In this document: in pieces, positions 9,440-17,539 of the stretch
Numbering within the stretch: the stretch's first letter is position 1
Layout: every line of letters starts with the position of its first letter
DNA from: Ginkgo biloba
Lineage: Eukaryota; Plantae; Ginkgophyta
Length of the DNA stretch: 17,539 nucleotides
Direction: 5' to 3'
Assembly: GCA_024626585.2 (NCBI GenBank)
Contig: JANKJI020000002.1
Span: 24,853,038 to 24,870,576, forward strand
Notes under the pieces: generated by a model
What the model was told of the DNA's origin: nothing
The model's input: only the letters and a program-made list of their open reading frames with translations
The model's database searches: none
Program-made: the position numbers and the translations under genes

Positions 9440-9966
9440 ACCTCTTTGATTATAGGAAATCATGACAAAAAAAATTATAATATGATGGAACTTCCTATCT
9501 CATACAATTCTTACAAAATGTTTTCCTCACTTGGGGGAATCAACTTATCAATATAAGAACTAATAAGGATGTGTTCAAATTAAATACACTTGGATCTGCA
9601 CTTTATAGTATCCCATATGATTAGTGTATATACCAAGAAATTTGTCTAGGACTCCAAAATTGGGCATAAAATTAACATCCAATTATCTAACTTTGCATTC
9701 AGAGTATAAGACAACCAAGAACCCTCTTTGAGGATATTATACAAAAAAAGAAGGATTTCACCTTCTATAAGATGACTATGACATATCATATAACATAAGC
9801 ACTAGATGAAATAATTGCAACCATACTACCTAATCATCAATTACATGAAACCATAAAGGAATAAGAAATACTTAAGGTAACCTTGTCATGATCTAAGTTG
9901 ACCAGACTAATAACTTTATCAAATAAAGATTCTATAAATAGCTAAGATAGATCTAGGGGAAATAAT
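9440..9966 (+). mobile_element. Degenerate Gypsy aspartic-protease C-terminus and linker upstream of the RT
   Basis: Fragments MMELPISYNSYKM and WGNQLINIR (about 9482-9560) resemble the ..SYSMLLGRPWL..HDWGNxxIxI segment that precedes RT in these elements, with the LLGRPW part deleted. Position and strand agree with the RT. Confidence 0.45.
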
Positions 9967-10410
9967 AAGATCGATGACTATTGGGACCAAAGGAAAGTCA
10001 CCAGGGCACATGATCTATTTTGAGAGTATTTTGATGTCTTTACTTAGATGTATAAAGACATTAAAGGTATCCCACCCTTTTTTTTCCAACTCCAAGTTGA
10101 ACTAGAAGATGGCTCAAAGCCAGTAAGGTAGTGACCTTGTTAAATGAACCCCAAATACAAGAGATCTATCTGAGAGAAAATTGATAGAATACTAGAAGTT
10201 AGATGCATCTATTTAATCAAACAAAGTGAATGGGTATCATACATTATAATTGCTAAGAAGAAGAACGGTAAGTTGTGTATTTTTGTTGATTATAAAAAAA
10301 TGAATAATATCACAAAAAAAGAGCCATTTCCTACACCCTTCATTGAAGAAATACTCGAGAATGTGCTTAAAGGCTTCATAGATGGTTTCTCCAAATATAA
10401 TCAAATTCAA
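9967..10410 (+). pseudogene. Ty3/Gypsy reverse transcriptase N-terminal region, inactivated
   Basis: One frame reads KIDDYWDQRKVTRAHDLF*EYFDVFT*MYKDIKGIPP...KPVR**PC*MNPKY...EKIDRILEVRCIYLIKQSEWVSYIIIAKKKNGKLCIFVDYKKMNNITKKEPFPTPFIEEILENVLKGFIDGFSKYNQIQ. This matches the Gypsy RT signature SEWVSPxVxxxKKNGKLRxCVDYRxLN..DxFPxPxI..DGFSGYNQI. Six in-frame stops; truncated by the gap at 10411. Confidence 0.9.
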
Positions 10411-10528
10411 NNNNNNNNNNNNNNNNNNNNNNNNNNNNNNNNNNNNNNNNNNNNNNNNNNNNNNNNNNNNNNNNNNNNNNNNNNNNNNNNNNNNNNNNNN
10501 NNNNNNNNNNTATTAAAAATATAATGCA

Positions 10529-10570
10529 ACATCTTACATAAAACTTCACACATCTTACATAAAACTTCAC
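10529..10570 (+). repeat. Perfect 21-bp tandem repeat x2
   Basis: acatcttacataaaacttcac at 10529-10549 and 10550-10570, just after a gap edge. Confidence 0.9.
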
Positions 10571-12591
10571 ATCTCATATTTAGAATTTAATTTTTACTAA
10601 CTATTGTAAAGAAATTAATACACTTAGCATGCCCTAATAATGATATTTTATTTTTCAGAAGAACTTGCCATCATCATGGCACTTATTTAGAAGAGAATTA
10701 AGACGTAGACTCGAAGAAAGTCCTTAGGTTAGTAATGTAGCGTTAAAAGCTCACGACATAGTGAACAAAATTTTGTTGATTTTTCAAATTTAAAGCGTAT
10801 GTTGATATAAAACATTATTCCCATTTGAAATTCTCTATCCTTACTAATTATTTTGACATTTTTATATGCCTAACATTATAAGGGTGATATTCATTTTTGT
10901 CTTGAGTAAAACTAAGAAAATAATTATTTAATTATATTATATAATTAATGAATGTTGTTAATTATGCACAATATTAATTCGAATGTTTCCACAAAGAAAA
11001 TTAAGAAGCATCCACAAGACCTATGAGATGAGGTGGGTCTTAGTGTTTAAGTGAAACACGTACACATATCTAAATGTCAAAATGACAATAAACAATTGTG
11101 TATAATTTATTATTTTGAACCAATTAACAAGTATAGTAACATATGCAATGGAAAAGGCAATATTAGAAGAGGCATATGAATGTTATACAATTTGGGGACA
11201 CATCATCAATACATGTATGATATAAGATATTAAAATTATATGTCAATGTGCATGCCAACTTATTAAACTGATCATTAAACTTGATCGAGTACTCCTCAAG
11301 CCATATATATTGAGAACTTTTGAGGGCTTCAACCCATTTAGAAGATAGCGGCTAAGAATCATAAAAATAATTTATATAAGATTATACTTTTTTGTTCCCA
11401 TTGATATACAAGTCACACTAAGACTTTAAAAATGTTAATGTATACACCACCAAAGAGAATATAATAGACATGAAGCAAACAAAAGCGTATACTCTTTAAT
11501 CACTGTGATGAGATTGCAATAAAAAAAAAAAAAAAAGATAAANNNNNNNNNNNNNNNNNNNNNNNNNNNNNNNNNNNNNNNNNNNNNNNNNNNNNNNNNN
11601 NNNNNNNNNNNNNNNNNNNNNNNNNNNNNNNNNNNNNNNNNNTAAAAATTGACTAATTCATATTATAAGACTCTCTCAACTTAGGATACAAGTTAGTTTA
11701 ACAAAAATATAATGATATGATTGGCTAACAAGATCTGAACTAATTGCCAATTAATTACTAGAGTCCTCTGCCTAATAGTAGGGAATAATAATATAATTGA
11801 TGATTCACAACTTATGGATTATATCAAGATAGAAATTTGGCGCTTTCTCACTCTTATAGGGAGGTCCCATGGAGGCCATTGAGCTATGATTAATCAGGAA
11901 ACGAAGGTCCCCATGAAATTTAAATTTCAGTGCTATAAGAAAAAAAATGAATCTTCTCTACAAAATTTGAAGCTCTAACAGTTTAGCATGGTGTTTTCTA
12001 GCAGATGCTAAAGAGGGGGGGCTTTACTTAGCATCAATCAATTAACAAGATGGAATAACACATGGTTGGATTCCTCCATCATTTTTCTTTTCCCTCTATT
12101 GTTTTCATTTTCTGCCGCAGGTGATTTTTGGTAGAGATGAAATTACATGGAATCATGTTCAATTTTACGCTTCTGAATTTCCTCAGTAGCAACCGCTGAG
12201 AAAAACAAGGAAGGCCCCTCCATATAAGAGTTAAACATATTAGACTTGAAAAGAATGTGTGGCACCTTGGGCACACACTGCTTATGTAAGCACTCCTCTT
12301 AGTGCAGCTGTATATGATACATTACTATAATTGTATTTGTTGTAAGCATCCCATCGAGGTTGAGAATAAGACTTTTATGAGATAAAGTACAAGAACCAAA
12401 GCCTGCCTTTGCGTGATACATACATAAAGAAAAGAATCAAATGTTATTGTATCGCTCACAATAACAACCACTTTGTCAAACCAATCAAATAGTAACNNNN
12501 NNNNNNNNNNNNNNNNNNNNNNNNNNNNNNNNNNNNNNNNNNNNNNNNTTGCATTGGTGTATTGGTTTTTGACATCCCCATCTCCGCCAAA

Positions 12592-12996
12592 ATGACTTTG
12601 AAAGATGTAGCGAGGAGTTTGAGCTTTCGCAGGTCATCCAAAAATGCGGCAGAGAGTTCGATTCTTTCTGACTATGTGCCTTCAGAGAGCAGGAGGTTCA
12701 CCAAGTACGAGAATTTAAGCAAATCAATGAGATTGGAAGGCTTTGTAGTTGATCAACNNNNNNNNNNGGACTTAGCAGGAGTCGAACGGTCAGACTCGTT
12801 TGGATGGAAGCAGAAGTGGAGATCGATGTCCTTTGACAAGAGAGTTTCCCCAACAATCAAAATTGATGAAATTGCAGAGAAACAAAGGAAGCCCACTAAA
12901 TCTGCCAGTGAACCAACGGAACCCAAACTTAAAACTAAAAAGAGAAGCTCTTGGCTGCCTAACCCTCGTCGTCGGTGGCCTATTCAAGGATGGTGA
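12592..12996 (+). CDS. Small plant-specific uncharacterised protein (about 134 aa) with C-terminal WLPxPxRRWPIQGW motif
   Basis: ATG at 12592 in aaaATGA context; the ORF track's TTG start at 12562 is unlikely in a eukaryote. The protein is basic and Ser-rich and ends KKRSSWLPNPRRRWPIQGW*, a terminal motif I recognise from small uncharacterised land-plant proteins. A 10-N gap at 12758-12767 interrupts it, but the frame is the same on both sides. Confidence 0.82.
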   Translation: MTLKDVARSLSFRRSSKNAAESSILSDYVPSESRRFTKYENLSKSMRLEGFVVDQXXXXDLAGVERSDSFGWKQKWRSMSFDKRVSPTIKIDEIAEKQRKPTKSASEPTEPKLKTKKRSSWLPNPRRRWPIQGW

Positions 12997-13727
12997 AAAA
13001 TGATGATTAGTGTATTTGTCTGCATTGTTTGGTGTGAGGTTTTCAGCAAAATCTACTTTGTTTGTTTTCCCAATATGGTCAAATTTCTGGGAATATAATC
13101 TAATGTCATGTAATAGATGATGTTGATAATAAATGATAAGCCATATATTATTCTATGACTATATGAAAGTCTCATAAACATTGGACATATTGATAACTGA
13201 TAAAACTCACTATTATAATATTAAAGTGAATGATCAATTTCTAGATGCATATAACATCTACAAAGGGTAAATAATACATATCCATTTCCCTTATGCAATA
13301 ATATATAAAAAATGCTATGATATGATTGAAATTATAAAAATNNNNNNNNNNNNNNNNNNNNNNNNNNNNNNNNNNNNNNNNNNNNNNNNNNNNNNNNNNN
13401 NNNNNNNNNNNNNNNNNNNNNNNNNNNNNNNNNNNNNNNNNCTTTATAAAACTTCTGCAACCACGGAATCAAGCACTTCTTTTTGAACTTCGGAGAACTT
13501 TAATAAGGTGTTCCTGCTGGGCAAATGGAACAATTACATGGATTGAAAGTGGTGCTGTCCATTGTAATTTTGGCCTGAACAGGAATGACAAGGTGTACTT
13601 CTAGTATTATCCTTGTCCAATGATTTGGAATCTAAGTGCTCCAGGATCAAACTTGATGAGTGTGAAAAAAAAGATTGATGAAACAGACCTGCATAACCTC
13701 CCCAGCTTTTGGAAAACAGTAACATGT

Positions 13728-14465
13728 TTATTCCGTGTATGGAAGAGTGGGGGCATCTCCTTGTGCAAGTTGAGCTTGGTATTTTAAGGAAGCCTGAATT
13801 GCCTCAACAGGGTCACAAAGCTCAGGCATAGAATCTTGAGTATTAACTTCTGGTAGCTCAGGGACAGCATTCTCTACATGTGTACACTTATTCTGCTGAA
13901 GAGGATTTTCCCTTCCATTTTCAAGAGCTGCTCCCATTTCTGCAGGGGAAGCTGGTGTTGGTGTTGGTGCTATTACTACAGTTGGTTCATGTACTTCAGA
14001 CAAGGCCACTGGAGCAGGTGCCAGATGTGAAGATAGTGGTGTAGAAAAGCTTGTATTCTCATCTCTATTTGTATGCTTCACATTTGAAGCTATGTCATTT
14101 ATTTTTGATGGCGGTATTGACAGGCCAGGCCCAAACACCACACCTCTAAAAACTGTATCAGATTGTCCAACCCTTACAGTAATCAGATATCCTGCATCAA
14201 ATGATCCATCAAGCACTCCATGGACAGTCTGTCCAATCAGAGAATTGTTTCCCAGGCCAGATTGTGAACTTTCATTGTCTGCAAGCCTTGGTTTTACTGA
14301 TCTACCATCGGAAGAGGGAAGGACACCAAGTGCTGCAATTTCTCCTGGTAAAAGAACTGTGTCTCCCTTGCGTGGGCGTCCTCTCCTTTTTCCAGAAGAC
14401 AGCACACTTGGATCAGCACTTTGATCAAGTATCTCCTCCATAGTCCTCCTTGCTAAAAGCCTCAT
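13728..14465 (-). CDS. AT-hook motif protein, METABOLIC NETWORK MODULATOR 1 (MNM1)-like family; single coding exon, 245 aa (237 aa if the ATG at 14441 is used)
   Basis: Uninterrupted ORF with an N-terminal AT-hook (KRRGRPRK). It is followed by the family's conserved block LIGQTVHGVLDGSFDAGYLITVRVGQSDTVFRGVVFGPGLSIP..NDIA and then a low-complexity P/A/E-rich tail. Family assignment is from recall of the motif, not a database search. The second Met (actATGG) has the better initiation context. Confidence 0.9.
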   Translation of the reverse strand: MRLLARRTMEEILDQSADPSVLSSGKRRGRPRKGDTVLLPGEIAALGVLPSSDGRSVKPRLADNESSQSGLGNNSLIGQTVHGVLDGSFDAGYLITVRVGQSDTVFRGVVFGPGLSIPPSKINDIASNVKHTNRDENTSFSTPLSSHLAPAPVALSEVHEPTVVIAPTPTPASPAEMGAALENGRENPLQQNKCTHVENAVPELPEVNTQDSMPELCDPVEAIQASLKYQAQLAQGDAPTLPYTE

Positions 14466-14563
14466 GCACAGGCTGCCTTCACCAAGAAGTTAAATTTTGC
14501 ATATTGGAACAACAATTATAGATTCCCAACCTTCTTTGGTCATCTAATAACACAATGTTTTCC

Positions 14564-14590
14564 CTGCAAAAGAACAGAATAATTTTGATT
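14564..14590 (-). other. Putative 3' splice acceptor of a 5'-UTR intron of the MNM1-like gene
   Basis: Minus strand reads ...attattctgttcttttgcAG|ggaaaaac, a pyrimidine tract plus the canonical plant TGCAG|G, about 100 nt upstream of the ATG. No donor or first exon identified, so it may lie beyond the window. Confidence 0.6.
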
Positions 14591-15611
14591 ATTATCAAAG
14601 AAATATGTCACAGAAGGGTGCAGTCTAGCAGACATGATTGTTGGATGGCTTCCCCAAGGTCACTGGTCTAATTTGCATGTATTCATGTACATGTATAGGG
14701 CACCACACATGCTAGGTGTATGTACCTGAGCAGGAAACAGGTCCTTCAGTACCAAGCAAAATCAAGGTTCCCTTCCTTATGAAGCAATGCTTGTTGAGAA
14801 AATAGATCTTTGTGATGAGAGCTAGATGGCTGTACACATAAGTCAATAAACACAGTAAATTTAGCAAATTTTCAATAATAAGTCTCTGATTGTGCATGGG
14901 AGGCAACCCACTAAATCAAGAACTTTCACACATCACATTTAGATGTCTCAAAAAATAAGGACGGAAGGAAGAAGCCCAGTGTGGTTTGAGAAAAACTTCT
15001 CTGACATTTGACATTAAAAGTAGTGCAACAAACATTACTACTATCGATCTATCAAAGCTTGTATGAACAATGCTCTTCAAGAAATGAATAGTGTTAAACA
15101 CTGTAGTGTAACTAGAATAAGTGGGGATTTGCTAATGTAGAACTAAATGGTTTTAAGAGCCACTAACCATTTAATGTCACCCAACGCTTGTCTAACAATA
15201 TCCCTCTCTCTGACATTTAGTGGTTGTATGCCTAGAGGAACCCTATAGTATTATCTAAGCAACTCATCTATCTCTTCTCTAAGTGCATTTCTTACAGCAT
15301 TCAAGTTTGAATTACCCTCAGTCTTTTGGAAAATGTAGGTGATAAGGCCTCCACCTCTTCAATTCTATGGGGTTGTCTCTTAATGTGTTGCATTGTTAAC
15401 TTACTACCTTAAGTCTTTGGGTAGTGTTTGATGCTTTTTTGAATGTTTTGTGAACTCGCAGATGCTTTTGTCTTCTTGGCAAAATCATGGGCTGAAAAAA
15501 TGCTGTAATACNNNNNNNNNNNNNNNNNNNNNNNNNNNNNNNNNNNNNNNNNNNNNNNNNNNNNNNNNNNNNNNNNNNNNNNNNNNNNNNNNNNNNNNNN
15601 NNNNNNNNNNN

Positions 15612-17539
15612 GGACCGTAACAAGTTGAATGACATGTGTGAAAGGAATGTTCTCTTCAGCCTGCTCTCACTCTTTGTGCCATGCACGACTGTTCAAGACA
15701 TTCACTCCTCCAAGGAGTAAATCACAGATGATTGTATCTGTCTCCCATTGATCAGGAATAAGAACAAGAAGCTAAAAATGGCCAAGCTAAATCAAGGAAG
15801 CATATATAACAACAAAGAGGTGCTGTGATCAGAAGGCAGCTAGTTGGGAAACACATGACAGACTAGGCCCCCTGAGATTCGAATAACCAAGGCAAAGGGC
15901 CCCCATAAGCATGCTCCTTGCATAGTTACATGCCATCAAAATGACTTGAGCAAAGCCTTGCATATCCAAGCAATAGGCAACAGCAGGCATCCAGAATCCT
16001 ATATCCAAGGAATCACCCGGTGAAAGGAGAATCCCAGAGCTAGGAAGAACTCCAAAATCTTTTTATAGGGAGCGGCCAAGAGAGATAAGGGGCAAATGGG
16101 TCACAGAAATAGAGATGAACTAGTGCTCATGAAGAGGTCACCAAGTAGAGGAGGATGGGCAGTACATAGCAATTACCCCAGCAGAGTTTAATTTTGCAAA
16201 AAGAGACATTGCCAGAATGATTAATCAAATTCCAACTTAGGAGCATATCTCTTCCTATCCTAGCATGTAAACATGCAACATGACTAACAACATATTAAAT
16301 TAGTTGTACATGAGCTCTTGGTATTTCACAAAGCAGTAAAGAATCAACAACTTGCAGGGCAATCAAAAGCATCACTCACAAAAGTTGCCCAATGGAAGGC
16401 AATGACACCAAATTACAAGTTGATAAGCTCTGGAAAGTATGGATCCCATAGGAGATATCAGAAGAAACTATGGAAGGCAGTGTAAGCTGTTCAACAGAAT
16501 GCAGAAGGAATTCAAGGGGATTCTCATCCACTCAGTGGGACCTAGCACAAGCAATCCTTCAAACAAGGAGGGAAGGATAGATGATAAAGGGGAGAGCAGC
16601 TTCTACAACTGTTCCAACAAAAATCCTCTTTGCATGCTTACCTTCAAATCGAGGAAAGTGTAATACATGATAAAGTAGGGAGCCTCTTAACGAAACTCCT
16701 CTTTGGCTATCCAGATGGATAGGGGTACTGGGATGTGAGCAGTTTTGGCTTCAACCTTTGAGTCAATGACCAACCATTTGCACCTTTGCTCTCACAGATG
16801 TTGTATGGTGTAAGCTAGTGAATGGTTCAGGCTAGAAGACATCCTTCTTAAAATATTGTACTGTACTTACAGTAACTTGACTTGCAGAGCTTTCTACTTT
16901 GATACATGAGAAATAGCACTAGTCATAGCATTTAGGTCTTGCCTTAAGAAGGCTAAACAATCACAAACTCACAGAGGGCTGATATAATTAATATTTGATA
17001 AACAAAATTATGTATTTTCAAAACAAATGCAGACATAGAAATCAAAGAACCAAAGACACAGGGGAACATTCCCCTGATTAATAAAGCATCCCTCTATGTC
17101 TGGTTTTTATCACCACCTTAAGCAAGCGTCGAGTTCCTTAGCAACAACAGAAACTGCAGCCTACAATATGATACCTACAAAGGTAGCTTGCCAATAGGCA
17201 AAGCATGCAGCTGGAGGTTCCAATTCAGGTTAATAATATCCCATTGATTAGGAAACAAACAAAAACATTGTTCAGAGTGAGACTAGAAGTGGCTGGATTT
17301 GAATGAAGATCCAACCAAAAGTGAGCAACCAATTTTTGAATTGGGAGTGAAGTAGACAACTATTGGAAAGCAAAATGCCCACTGCGTCATTTAGACATTT
17401 TCAAAAAGTAGCCATTAGAAACCCATTGTCTGCTTCATGTCAGAGATGTTCATAGGCAACTTCCTTAATGATGGCCCATGTAAAATATTTGAGATTAACA
17501 TTATTGGTCATTTTAAAGTTCACCTTTTCCCTAGGATAA
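15612..17539 (-). mobile_element. Highly degenerate LINE (L1-clade) ORF2 3' half
   Basis: Minus-strand fragments occur in the order expected for plant LINE ORF2. HL*HEADNGFL (about 17445-17415; cf. HLQFADD). ATSSLTLN (17270-17293; cf. ASGLxxN). PIGKLPL (17178-17198; cf. xGxLPxKYLG). GYRILDACC..CNYARSM (15910-16005; zf-RVT-like). LEE*MS*TVVHG (about 15680-15713; cf. WKERNxRIFxG with CGA>TGA). Many stops and frameshifts. Confidence 0.55.

Noticed and set aside
12790-13003. Alternative-frame and antisense ORFs over the small gene
   Set aside because: Shadows of the real CDS, which carries the conserved terminal motif.
14092-14443. Plus-strand ORFs of 110 aa and 80 aa
   Set aside because: Antisense shadows of the MNM1-like CDS with no recognisable motif.
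17059-17076. Quasi-palindrome caggggaa-ca-ttcccctg, and similar short stems at 1691-1711 and 12004-12035
   Set aside because: Eight-bp arms can arise by chance in 17 kb and there is no supporting context.

Overview
AT-rich eukaryotic (land-plant) draft-assembly DNA broken by many N gaps, several exactly 100 N and so probably of unknown size. The style of the retroelement gag/RT remnants suggests a gymnosperm-type genome, but that is inference only. Two intact genes sit tail-to-tail near the right end. One is a small uncharacterised protein ending in the plant motif SSWLPNPRRRWPIQGW (+, 12592-12996). The other is an AT-hook protein of the METABOLIC NETWORK MODULATOR 1 (MNM1)-like family (-, 13728-14465), whose 5' leader appears to contain uORFs and a large intron holding a decayed LINE. 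The rest is mostly transposon debris: a minus-strand Ty3/Gypsy block with the order PPT-LTR-gag (5272-6751), a plus-strand Gypsy protease/RT relic (about 9440-10410), and a possible decayed retroelement accessory ORF (about 1640-3060). There is also a 113-bp foldback MITE-like hairpin (8386-8498), several local tandem duplications, and an unexplained CpG-rich island (about 7190-8000). I find no convincing evidence of a new multi-gene system. The best leads are the CpG island with its neighbouring hairpin, the tandem-type LTR arrangement, and the convergent gene pair.
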